The notes below the pieces were generated by a model. That model had not been told where the DNA came from. It did not search any database and worked only from the letters and a program-made list of their open reading frames with translations. The position numbers were made by a program, and so were the translations under genes. Below are positions 26,397 through 38,400 of a DNA stretch of 46,538 nucleotides, one piece after another; the first letter of the stretch is position 1, and the number at the start of each line of letters is the position of its first letter. This stretch comes from an uncultured virus (IMG/VR IMGVR_UViG_2061766007_001776) (lineage: Duplodnaviria > Heunggongvirae > Uroviricota > Caudoviricetes): IMG/VR virus record IMGVR_UViG_2061766007_001776. One strand, written 5' to 3'.

Positions 26397-28198
26397 TTAA
26401 ATTGACATGATTGCTTCGTAACAGAATGCTAACTTTTCATCTGCTGTACTAGCGAATAAAGGTGATACATAATATTTACCATCCATTATATTATGGTCAG
26501 TTAATACAATTTGTCCTTGTGAAGTAGTACTGTTGATACCAAATCCAAGAGATGTAAAGTCAGCATTATAAGAGCCTTCTGTAACTGTAAGAATCACAGT
26601 GTCGCCATCATAAATATTTAATGTCAAATTACTTATTCCACCAGATGTAATCATTTCATAAGTTATTTTGAATATTTCTGTTTGAATCAAAGTTCCGCTT
26701 CCAGTTAATTCCATTAAGTTAGTTCCATTTGTATACTTTTCATTAGGATTATCTGAACTTTGGATAGAGAACCAATCCGTAATAAGTAATGTTGAAGAAT
26801 TAAATCCAGATACATGAACTTCTTCATTATGCCATCCAGATGCTTCTCCTTGCATCGCTGTAAATTCATATGGTTCGCTTTGATTCTTATTAGTGAAGAT
26901 AACAAAGTATCTTTTCTTATTGTCTGCAATACCTTGAATTGTGACAGAACTATTTTGAGGATCTATATTAATAGCTGTTCCATCAGAAACACTATCAGGA
27001 GCACTATCAACTTTATATACCAATTTAACGTATTCGTATTCTGTATCTGGTACAAAGTACTTAACAACGACATTAGATTTATCGCTGACTATTTCACCAA
27101 TTAAGTTACTAACTAATGCAGCATTACTTAACTGAACATCGTTTCGACTAACAGCATCTCTCGGATTACCATTATTCATTTCAACAATCTGAGCTAGATT
27201 AAAAGTTCCAAGTTTACCTGTAATCTTTTCAACTGCCTTCCAATTATATATAACTGGCATAGCAGCAGTGATCCAGTTGTATGCTAATTCTGTATTTGTT
27301 ACAGCACTAGTTCCAGTTGTTGAACTACTGTAACCATTTGATGTTGAATAATTANNNNNNNNNNNNNNNNNNNNNNNNNNNNNNNNNNNNNNNNNNNNNN
27401 NNNNNNNNNNNNNNNNNNNNNNNNNNNNNNNNNNNNNNNNNNNNNNNNNNNNNNNNNNNNNNNNNNNNNNNNNNNNNNNNNNNNNNNNNNNNNNNNNNNN
27501 NNNNNNNNNNNNNNNNNNNNNNNNNNNNNNNNNNNNNNNNNNNNNNNNNNNNNNNNNNNNNNNNNNNNNNNNNNNNNNNNNNNNNNNNNNNNNNNNNNNN
27601 NNNNNNNNNNNNNNNNNNNNNNNNNNNNNNNNNNNNNNNNNNNNCTTCATCACAAAGAGAATCAGGTGAATGAAAATACATGTTTCTTGTCCAAAATTCA
27701 GTAGTTAATCCTGTACTTTCAATGGAACCTAAACCGAAATCAACATTACGCCATTGTCCTCCATTAACTTCAGCAATTATCGCATTATACATTGCTGTTG
27801 TGGGTAACAATGCCATTATATTATTTCGATCACAGTTAGTATTTTGCCATACAAGAAATACTGAACCTAAATGTGATTCGTCATCAACAATATATCCAAC
27901 ATAAAAGTAACCAGCATAAATATCACCACTTCGCTGTAAATATTGGGAATCANNNNNNNNNNNNNNNNNNTCTAATATTAATAGTGATAAAACTTAAATA
28001 ACCAAAAACTCCTTCTGATGGAACAACCATTTTGAATTTTCCAGTTGGAGCTGGAGTAATCTCGTAATAACTGTTACGGCTAGTACTACCAGTTAACGGT
28101 CTTACACCATATGTTAAAGAGGAAGTAAATGTAGCCCAAGATACACTCGGACATGGCTGATAACCATTTATTAATGATGTAATAACTCTTGTTGCCAA
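26397..28198 (-). CDS. Minor tail protein, probably one gene interrupted by gaps
   Basis: TTG start 28198 after AAGGAGG; segments 27971-28198, 27645-27952 and 26397-27354 are each open; Fn3-like segment near the C-terminus. Confidence 0.55.
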
Positions 28199-28212
28199 AT
28201 TTAACTACCTCC

Positions 28213-31200
28213 TTAACTATTTGGATGTAACCATTCATAAACGTCTTCCATTTCGGAATCGGTTAAAACTTCTTGATTGTAATAATATCCATCGTTGCCA
28301 ACATAAATAAATGATGGTTTAGCTAATTCTTTTTCTTCATCTTCTATNNNNNNNNNNNNNNNNNNNNNNNNNNNNNTAGAAGATCCAAGATAAGCCATAA
28401 ATGTATAAATGATTGTTGAATCACTATATAACTTGAATATTATATCTCCGTTTGAAACCATGACAGTCAACTTATTATGCTGGCCAACATACATTAATTC
28501 TTTCTGAGAACCGTCCCATGTTCCAGCGCTTCCTAGTGAAATATCTATAATTTCTGGATTAGTCTCACTTACATCAGTATTAACTCGTATGACTTTTGTA
28601 AATCGGTAATCACCTTTCTTATCATAAGGGAATATTCCATAGTAATAAGTGTGATTAGGTTCTACATCGCTATCGACTACTGGTTCAGTGATATGAGCAT
28701 TTCTGGTCTTCTCATTGATTACCAGAGTACCATCCCATCTGTGTAATGGTGCCCTATTCTCTCTTCTAACAACTACCGTACCATCCCATTCAGCAGGACA
28801 AGGTTTATTATTAGTAATATCTTCGGGATCAGTCCATTTTATATTGACACCACCAGGAATTGTTACTATATTATCCCATTCACCACTTACATTATCTAGA
28901 TGATAAAAGATTTTATTAGAGAAATCATGAAGCCAAACACCTGGATAAACATAAGCATATGAAGCGCTTGAATAATAGCCTTCTCCTTCTTCTTGTCTAT
29001 AATAATTTATCTGATCACCTAATTGAGCAGTAAGGGTTACTTCCTGTCCATTTTGAATAACTGTTATCTGATTAGTAGTATCAAAGTTAACTATTTCTGT
29101 TAAGATAGTATCACCATATTCTTCATCTGCAATATATGTATAATATGAATAAAATTGGGTATCATGCCATTTTCCATCTGTTCCGTATATATATGCAGTT
29201 AATTCACTAGTCATTCCATCGCCAGTTCTATTAACAATATCATATGGTTCTACAGTAAATGATACTGGATCATCAGTTTCTCCATATATATAGTCGATGA
29301 TTGTTATTGGATTAGTAGTATCACCATCAACAATTTGAGTAATTAATTCAACATCATCAGCTTCTTCACCAGCAACTGCTCTCCATCTAGTAGTTGTACT
29401 CTTACTTACTGGATTATACTCAGCTGAAACACTAGTAGGTTCATCAAGTAATCTGAATCCAATATTTCGGATTATCTCGACAAAATCTTTAGTTGATAAG
29501 CCAGTGATAGTAACACCACCGCCATCACCACCTTCACTAGAATCTCCACCACTAGATCCGCTTCCACTATCAATCCATGTTTGTAAACTAGTAGACTGAG
29601 CGCTATACTTTGTTCCAGTCTTGTAGTCGCTGAAGTTAGTATTCGACTGATCACCTCTAGCAGTGTAAGTAGCTTGCATATTCTGAATACCACTTACCTT
29701 CATTTCCAGAATATATGTCTGACATTCGAAGTATTCACCAGTGATCATGTCACGATAATAAATCTGAAGTCTATCTCCTGGATCTCTACAAAGATCAGCA
29801 AAAGTACTAAGTTCACAAGGCGTATAAGTTCTATATTTCATATTCTTATATGCCTCTAAGAACAATCCACCTTTAGCTTTACGACTAGTGNNNNNNNNNN
29901 NNNTATCTTTATGTGCATCATTTTCTTTATCAAGATAAGCTGTGAATACATTATTTGTAATATTTAAAGACTTTAAATCACTTTTTATTTTGACTAAATT
30001 TTCTCTTTCAGCTTGTTGTTTTTTAGTTAAGTTAGCATACGAAACCATTGATTTTTCTTTATCTTTATAGCTCCATACATTAACAACATAAATACTTTCA
30101 ACTTCGTAATAATCATGCTGAAAACCTTTAACTATTTCAGTATTATCTAATGTATTCTCGTCTAAGATAGTTACGTCATTCTTAGGTAGAGGTTTAAAAG
30201 ACAATACACATCTTTCATAAACTGTAGCTTTATTATTAGCTATATCGTAATCGCCATCGATAAAGTAATCATGTCTAATAAACGGATAGCGACCACATAA
30301 AGCACCAACATCCTCTAAGAACTTACCGAATGACAATGAATCCTGTTTTATTAATTTATCATCACGATAAAATTCCAAATCCCAAACAGTTAAGTATCCG
30401 TATCTTTCAACATCCATCTGGACACCATTGATTGTTTTCTTTCCTGGAATTTCATATGTTGCGTTCTTATTAGACAAATCGTCATCTAATATTATTGGCA
30501 TACCAGGACCTGGATAATCTGGCATTGGTAAGTCTGTTTTAAAATTGTTTTTGTCTGTTACAGTTCTAGTACCAGTTAAATACGAAAGTTCTTCAACGAA
30601 GTTGGTTAAAGCTTCACCAATAGTATAAACGCCAGTTCCATCTTTTGGATGTGTCGTTTTATCACCTTTTTTATATGCTAATGGGTCTAATTTAACTTTA
30701 TCTTCATCGCCGCTTTCATTTTTGGTTGGATCATACCCATCAAAGATTCGTTTATACCATTCTATACAGTCCATATCTCGTAATGTCAACATGAAATCAT
30801 AAGCTGTAATTTCTCTTTCATATCCACTACTTGATACTTTATCTTCCTCAACGACAAACATTCCAAGTGGTATAATTGTACTTGAGTCACCATTGAAGTA
30901 AACATAAGCTTTAATTATTGCATGACCTTCACATTCACCAACTAAAAGCATTTTCTTTTTGCCTTCGCTAGTAACTACTTCGTCATACATTTGTAACTTC
31001 TGAAGATCAGGTATTACTGGTTTCCAAACTCCATAATATTTATTATTTGCCGGATCGTCTGGTTGATCTTCATTTGGTATATATTCTTTTTCGTTTCTTA
31101 TAGTAAACTTGATCATGGCAGATTCACATGCACAAAATGACAAGTTATCGCCAGTATCAATGGAATTTACATATTCAAATTTTTCTTTGACGATGTCTTC

Positions 31201-31449
31201 GTTTGTTATAACATAATCAACATCTTTATAAACTACTTCTCCATTTTCTTTTTTAACAGTAGCTTTCTTTGTTGTTGTGCCATCTTTATCATATTCACCA
31301 TCGTCATTAAACTCCGGAACTTTACTTGTAACTTCCGGTGCTTTTCCTGGGACTATTATTATATTTGTGGCGTGGGGTACTATGAGAATATCAGCATGCA
31401 CACCGCCACGTTGCCCAAATAAATCTCTGAATTTATAATCCCAATTCAT
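28213..31449 (-). CDS. Large tail tip / baseplate hub-like protein with C-terminal Fn3-like domain
   Basis: 1078 aa, second gene after tape measure; IPLGMFVV..REITAYD.M and DPGDRL hub-like motifs; TYYYGIFPY Fn3-like. Confidence 0.7.
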   Translation of the reverse strand: MNWDYKFRDLFGQRGGVHADILIVPHATNIIIVPGKAPEVTSKVPEFNDDGEYDKDGTTTKKATVKKENGEVVYKDVDYVITNEDIVKEKFEYVNSIDTGDNLSFCACESAMIKFTIRNEKEYIPNEDQPDDPANNKYYGVWKPVIPDLQKLQMYDEVVTSEGKKKMLLVGECEGHAIIKAYVYFNGDSSTIIPLGMFVVEEDKVSSSGYEREITAYDFMLTLRDMDCIEWYKRIFDGYDPTKNESGDEDKVKLDPLAYKKGDKTTHPKDGTGVYTIGEALTNFVEELSYLTGTRTVTDKNNFKTDLPMPDYPGPGMPIILDDDLSNKNATYEIPGKKTINGVQMDVERYGYLTVWDLEFYRDDKLIKQDSLSFGKFLEDVGALCGRYPFIRHDYFIDGDYDIANNKATVYERCVLSFKPLPKNDVTILDENTLDNTEIVKGFQHDYYEVESIYVVNVWSYKDKEKSMVSYANLTKKQQAERENLVKIKSDLKSLNITNNVFTAYLDKENDAHKDXXXXXTSRKAKGGLFLEAYKNMKYRTYTPCELSTFADLCRDPGDRLQIYYRDMITGEYFECQTYILEMKVSGIQNMQATYTARGDQSNTNFSDYKTGTKYSAQSTSLQTWIDSGSGSSGGDSSEGGDGGGVTITGLSTKDFVEIIRNIGFRLLDEPTSVSAEYNPVSKSTTTRWRAVAGEEADDVELITQIVDGDTTNPITIIDYIYGETDDPVSFTVEPYDIVNRTGDGMTSELTAYIYGTDGKWHDTQFYSYYTYIADEEYGDTILTEIVNFDTTNQITVIQNGQEVTLTAQLGDQINYYRQEEGEGYYSSASYAYVYPGVWLHDFSNKIFYHLDNVSGEWDNIVTIPGGVNIKWTDPEDITNNKPCPAEWDGTVVVRRENRAPLHRWDGTLVINEKTRNAHITEPVVDSDVEPNHTYYYGIFPYDKKGDYRFTKVIRVNTDVSETNPEIIDISLGSAGTWDGSQKELMYVGQHNKLTVMVSNGDIIFKLYSDSTIIYTFMAYLGSSXXXXXXXXXXIEDEEKELAKPSFIYVGNDGYYYNQEVLTDSEMEDVYEWLHPNS

Positions 31450-31461
31450 ACATATTCCTCC

Positions 31462-31505
31462 AATAAAAACACTGGCCCCACTTACAAAATATAAGCAGAG
31501 CCAGT
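31462..31505 (-). terminator. Intrinsic terminator
   Basis: ACTGGCTCTGCTTAT/GTAAGTGGGGCCAGT stem (G-U pairs) then GTTTTTATT. Confidence 0.75.
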
Positions 31506-31511
31506 AGTGCT

Positions 31512-32402
31512 TTAAGCTTCTTCGATAGACACAGAGATTGCATTGTATTTATCGAAACGTCCATAATAAGGTTCAACCCATGGGTTAGAATCTATTTTGA
31601 CAAAGAATAAATCGGCAATTCTGTCACATTTATATGATGTAATGTCACTAGAACTTGCACCTGGTGTTTCATAATCTAATTGATTATTAATTTGTACTCT
31701 TAAATATGTATAACCATCTCCATAAATATCTCTATTCAGTTTCATCAGATGATAAAACTTGTTGTAGCTTTCTATATCCTTAAATAGCATATTAAACTTT
31801 CCACTAACTTTTGTTCTTGGAACAATTCGATGAGTAGTCCAGTTCGAATCAGTCCAGTCTTCTGTTACATCAACATTGTTAACATCATAAGATGGCGCTG
31901 TGATGTATTCGGTGAGATCAACAAATTCCATCGGTTCAGGTATCTCGGAACCACTTGAAGGAGTTGTAGTAGAAGGTTTTGCAATTTCCAATAACGCTTG
32001 TTTACGACTATGCGCTAATGTTTCAATCGGATAAGGATATTCTGAAGGTGATGCTACAGTATATTTAAGTTTTCCTTTTGCATTTCTGATATACATCCAA
32101 GGTCGAACATAATACATTGTAGATGGACTTAAACCGGTAATTTCGTATTTAACACGAGTAACACTACCAAGTTCAGTCCATTCCAATGCATTAGCCTTAA
32201 CAACATCAACACCAATATTACCGCTTCCTGGAGTCGAAGTGTAGTATATCCTAAAAGCTTTACCGTCAATTACTTTATACTTTGGAGACATCCAATAAGT
32301 AAACGTAACAATTATCGAATGATTCACCGTCGCTTCACAGTTTAGACATTTAATCCAACCTCTACCGGTTAAGAAATCCTGTCTTTGCGATTGCCAAGCC
32401 AT
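31512..32402 (-). CDS. Distal-tail-like protein with N-terminal Fn3 domain
   Basis: ATG 32402 after AAGGAGG; ITGLSPSTMYYVR Fn3 motif; directly follows tape measure. Confidence 0.6.
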   Translation of the reverse strand: MAWQSQRQDFLTGRGWIKCLNCEATVNHSIIVTFTYWMSPKYKVIDGKAFRIYYTSTPGSGNIGVDVVKANALEWTELGSVTRVKYEITGLSPSTMYYVRPWMYIRNAKGKLKYTVASPSEYPYPIETLAHSRKQALLEIAKPSTTTPSSGSEIPEPMEFVDLTEYITAPSYDVNNVDVTEDWTDSNWTTHRIVPRTKVSGKFNMLFKDIESYNKFYHLMKLNRDIYGDGYTYLRVQINNQLDYETPGASSSDITSYKCDRIADLFFVKIDSNPWVEPYYGRFDKYNAISVSIEEA

Positions 32403-32416
32403 AAATATCAACCTCC

Positions 32417-35400
32417 TTAAATCATAAAGCCATTCCGTCCAGTACGTTTAAATCTTTGACGATTTGTATTGACGACAGAATCGTAAATGTTATCAGGAGA
32501 CGGGTGCACTTCGACATCGACTTTTGTAACATCTCCAGTTTCTAATAGATCCATAAGTTCTCCTAATATCATATTAGTATTACCTATTGCTAACTCGAGG
32601 TCACTAAACTTCGTGTCATAATTAGGTGTTTCTCTTTCGAACGAATTGAATGTTGCTTCAACCTTAGGTGAATTCAAATCAATTGCTCGGTTAATATCAG
32701 TCATACCGGTATCAATAGAACTACTATCAAGTATCGGAGTTATACGAGGATTAATGTCTTCCTCTAGCATATCGCTCATAGCATTAAGTCCAAGCTCAGT
32801 GTCGCTGTTAATAAGATTAGTCCAGTCTTCAATGGTGTTTTCGCTATCGGTCATACCGTCAATGATACCGTTGTTAAGACCTTCAACAATATACTGACCA
32901 AAACGATAATATACTTTTGAAGGGGAATTGCTTTCTATCTTTTTCTTAAATATAGTATAACCAGCAACTCCAAGTTCAGCTTGAGTTTCAAGATACTTCC
33001 TTTCTTTATCACTTAAACCATCAATAAGACCTTGTATTTCGGCTTCCGAAAGTTTATATGCATCTTTATATGACATAATATAACTGCCCCAAACATTAGT
33101 ATCTTTTCCTAAAGCTTTCTTTGGAGCATTAGCTAATTTCTTAATATATAATTGAGTTTCATTTAAAGCATTTGTTCTTGCTTTATTATAATCCATTCCA
33201 TAATTATTAGAATAATATAACCATTCTTCTTTTTCAAGATTAGAAACATTTAATCCTCTCTTTATTTTATAATCAATGTCATAATATCTTTTTTCAATCT
33301 CAGATAACAATTCATTAACATCTTTAGTACCTATTAATCTAGCTAATTCCCGAGCTGCCATTGGATCATGTTTAGCAGATTCATATAATTTAGTGAGATT
33401 ACCTTTACTTCCACCAGCTTTGGCTAATTCGTATGTACCTGATGGTTTCTTAACATCTTCAACATTCTTTTCTCTAGTAAGCTGCAACAATTCGCCGAAC
33501 ATACCTGTAACTTGAGTAAAGAAAACTGCACGAGTTGAAGCATCTTCTACAGACCATGTTTTATAATCATCTAATTCATTTTTAATATGGCCAGTAGTTT
33601 TATCCATTAATCCTAATGTTATGAGTTGATCTCTAAGATCTTCAGCTTGTTCTTGAGTTAACTCTAAGTTCTTAGTATCATAACCTAATTGTTCCATTAA
33701 ATACTTGCCATTACCTTCAGCATATTCTTTAACTATTCTAGTATTCTCTTTATCTTGAGAAGTTTCTAAAGCTCTTCTAATAGCTTTATCTCTACTAGAT
33801 TGTTGTTTATATAGAGTATTACCTGTATCGGTATACTTATCCATATTTTCTAATAATTTTTCAATCTTTTCTTGAATAGTAATTTGTCCTCCAACTGTTC
33901 CAGGAGTTTTATTAAATTTACTACCATTTTCATAATCTATCCAGGAATCTATAGATCCCATTAATTTTTCATTTATAGCTTTATCTTCAGCATATTTTAA
34001 AGCCATATAATCTGAATAAATTTGCATTATTCGCATTATATTATGATCTTCCTTTTTTTGCATTATAGATCCTTCATTAGCACGATTGTGATTAGTATAT
34101 TGCAAATGTTCAGAACCTAATAAATATCCAGTTACATCTTGTCTCTTAGCTTCTTCCAAGACATATTTTATTATTTCATCATCCAAATCTTTAATGCCAG
34201 AATGTTCTAATAAACCTCTTATTTGCGTTTCTTCATTAGCACTCATAACGAGATCTGTAGTTCCAGGTTTAAATGTTATAGTATCATAGTATACACCCAT
34301 TTTATAATCTCTCATATAAAGATCTAACATATCAGTTAATTTTGATTCATAATTGGGGAACCAACTTTTAAAATCTTTAAAATTTATATTTGAAGAAAAC
34401 ATATCTGCAAAAGATTCAACTATTCCGTCAGTAAGATCATAACCGTTTTGACCTAAAAGACTAATTATACTACCTTTATCACTAGACGTTATTTTAGGTT
34501 TACCCTCACCAAGCCATAAGAAACCTTCATCAAAATACATTTCTTGTATTTCTTTATACGATTCGCCATATGAATTAAATAAATCAATCATCTTTTGAAC
34601 TTGTTCTTCTGTTAATTCTCCTTCACTACCAAATTCATGAATAGCACTATCCATTCGATTCTTAAAATATTTTCCTTTTTCAGTAAGTTGTCCATTTTCA
34701 TCATAAAAACCAGATTCTTTAGCATTTTGTAAAAATACTCTTCGCGCTAAAGCTTTATTATTTTGCTCATTTTCACTACCAGTGATAAATGTTAAAATAT
34801 CATGAATATTAATTAAACCGTCTTTGCCAAATAACCATTCGCTAAAGTCATTGTTAAGCCATGACTGATAAATTCCATCTCTTAGACCATTGCCAATATT
34901 TACACCAAGTTGTTTAGCGGCTCCAGCNNNNNNNNNNATCAATTACTTTATACTTTGGAGACATCCAATAAGTAAACGTAACAATTATNNNNNNNNNNNN
35001 NNNNNNNNNNNNNNNNNNNNNNNNNNNNNNNNNNNNNNNNNNNNNNNNNTGATTTAAGAACTCATTATCTTTAATTTTAGCTAAGAAATCTTCTTTAACA
35101 CCATCTAACTTACCAGTGATATTAGAGAATATTTCTTCAACTGATTCATTTCCAGATCCGCTAATTATAGAAGTAAGTTTATCCCAAAGGCTATTAGATG
35201 TGGTATTAGCTTTAGCTTCAAGTGCTGCTAATTGATTCTTTGCAGTATTATAAGCCTCTTCCATTTCTCGACCATGGATTCCTTGCTTTTCCATATCAGC
35301 AATTTTCTGTCTAAGAGCTTCCATTTGGTCAAGTTCTTTTTGAGTATATTCGTATGCACTATCAGTACCAGTAATACCTTCAGAAATTGCTTTACCAGCT

Positions 35401-38400
35401 TTATCAGCCCAATCTTCAATTTCTTTTTCCATATTACCGGTTGTAAAGATGCCATCCCAAGCTTTCTTGATATCACCATCTTCACCAAGAGCATTAGCTA
35501 ATGATTCAGTAATACCATCGCCTATGTCATTACCAGTCTTTGTAGCAGCACTCTTACCAGAGTTCATACCATCGACAAGACCTCTAATAACAAATCGACC
35601 ATTCTCATAGAATACCTTTGAAGGTGAAGCTATTTCCAAAGTATCGCAGAATCCTTCATCAGCAAAGTCTGCAAGGCCTTCAGTAGCATTATATGCCATC
35701 TGATAATTATCTTTAAGGCCTTTAACTAAACCTTGAACGATAAATTTACCATCTTTAGCAAATGCTTTAGAGGGTGATTTAATCTGTATTTTCTTACTCT
35801 TTTCAAATCCACTACCAACAGCATCACCGGCTTTTTCGCCAACATCAGAAGCTTCCTTTGTAAAGTCTATTCCGAATAAATCGAATAAACCTTGTAAAGC
35901 ATACGTAAGAACAACAATAGCAGCAGATATGAAACCTATACCAACAGCTATTTTGAATGAAGCCGTCAAGAATGCTGGAGAATAAGTAGCTAAACTTGTT
36001 ACAACCCATACGACTGCAACAAATGGAGCTATAACAGCAACAAGACCTGATATAATAGTACCAAATGAAACTCCTTCAAGTTCTTTAAATGCTCGGAATA
36101 TGAATGGTGCNNNNNNNNNNGATAGTTCCAAATGAAACTCCTTCAAGTTCTTTAAATGCTCGGAATATGAATGGTGCTGTTAAAGCAATAGCTGTTAAAG
36201 TACCAAAGAATAATAATAGCGCTCCAAGAGCATTTGAATAATTAAATATTTTTATAGTCTCAAGTACTGCCAAAAGACCAACGTCGGCTATCATTATTGC
36301 AGCAATACCAGCTATAGCAGCTAGCACAACTTTCCAATCAAGGTCTTTCAACTGAGCTACTGCGGGTATAATAGTCTTACTTGCTACAAACATTATTGCA
36401 GCAATACCAGCTAACATTATAACAATTAATGAAACCTCGTCTGGTGTTACGATTCTTGCTGCTTGTGTATTTAACAATATACCAACTGCTCCGAATACCG
36501 AGCCTATCATGCCAATAAATAATATCAACGCATTAATCGTTTTATCGTATTCTATAAAATCGATTGAATTTAATGTTAATAAGATTGGTATCATTTCAGC
36601 TACAAATACAACAAGACCACTGAATGTAGCTATTACCGTCATAAATGTTTCTTTAGTTATTGTAACTTCGGAAATACTCTTTATAAATTTGCCCATAGTA
36701 CTAAATGCAACAAAGAACATTCCCATAGTTGATGCAAATAGTAACATTGAATTAACAATATTATGACCAACATTATTTTGAGCCATTACCCATAATGCAC
36801 CAACAACTATTGCCATCAAACCAGCAACAACTGAAGAAACAACAATTGTTAAAATATTAATTCGTTTAAGTACTTCTTTACTGAAATAAATATCTTTAAC
36901 TACTTCACCGATCTTTTCAATGAAATAGGTCATTGCAAATAATATTCCAATAATTGGACCTGTAACTGCTAATGCTGCTGCTACTGAACTTAACTTGGTA
37001 ACATCATCTTTAAACAATATACCAACAGTTGCAATACCAGCGATAATTACACCCATGAGAGATGCAACTATAATAAACATTGTAGTTAACATCTTAAGAA
37101 TATTCTTTTGCTGTGTTTCGTCAAGAGTACTGAAACTTACTGAAAGATCATAAATCAAATCGCCAAATGCTTTACGTATAACAAACATTATAGCAATCAT
37201 ACCACCGATCATTCCAACAAACGGAGCAACGGTAGCAATTAGATCTGTTCCAGTTCCATATATTCTGGCTACTGCTAAAGCACCAATTAAAGCGGCTGCA
37301 ATAACTCCAACAAAACTAAGCATCAAACCTAATATCTTTACTAATCTATCAAGTTTATCGTTATCAAAGTCTTTAATTGAAGTTGTTAACGAAGCAACTA
37401 AACCACTAAATGCTATAGCCATTGCAGCTATGAGTGCAATTAACAATCCACTAAATACACTCATTGTTATTATAGCAGATGAAAGTTTATCATTATAATA
37501 TGTTCCAACTACAAGTAAAATACCAATAATTGATATAGATACAAGAGCAAACATATTAGTTAATGTTGTTAATATCTTTACAATATTACCAGTCTTATCG
37601 TTATCGACTGCACTCTTTCCTAATGATTTAGCAAATATTCCAAATATTAAACATATAGCTGCAACAGTTCCTAATACCAAACCGACAGTTGTAAAATCTA
37701 AACCGGTTTCTGATTTGCCTATAAAGTATGATAATCCCATAACTACAGCAATAACAGCTGCTGTTGAAAGAATAATTGCAATCCATGAACTAGCTTTAAC
37801 TTGAGCAAATGCTTCTACTAGTTTTGCAAGACCAGTAATTATTAAATTTGCTGTACCGGCTATTGCAACCATTACCATACCTAATAACATTACACCATCT
37901 AATGCTCTACCATAATTAACTTCACTTAATGCAAATATTGCTGGAATTAGATCATCTCTAACCATTGCACCAAGCATGCTGAATACAAGACCAGCAGCTA
38001 ATATATGTAAACCATTTTTGGTTTTTACACTCATTAGATAAAATGAGAAACTTATTGTCAACAATGTTAAAGTGAATATACCTAAAGCTTGCATATAAGA
38101 TCCAAACTTATCGGAATTCTTTACCATTGTTTCCAATGTAGGTATAACTATTAATGAAATAGTTCCCATTAATGCTGAAATAGCAAATGCATATGAAATA
38201 CCAGCTTTCCAGTTCATTAAACCAGCTGACGCAGTAAACTTACTTAATACTATTGTAACAACAGTCATTACTGCAATTAAACCGATTAACAAACCGAATG
38301 CTGCTAAACCTTGTTTGAAATTAACATGTGTTACAAAGTCAACAAGCATACTAAGACCAAATGCAAATGCTGCTAAACCAACACCAATAGATGCTAATAT

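Noticed and set aside
34938..34988. ~50-bp copy of 32265-32315 within the tape measure gene
   Set aside because: Same artefact signature: N-flanked, single terminal synonymous difference.
36051..36180. Direct repeat and apparent frameshift splitting the tape measure gene
   Set aside because: Overlapping contig ends either side of a 10-N gap with two synonymous differences; strain heterogeneity, not a programmed frameshift.
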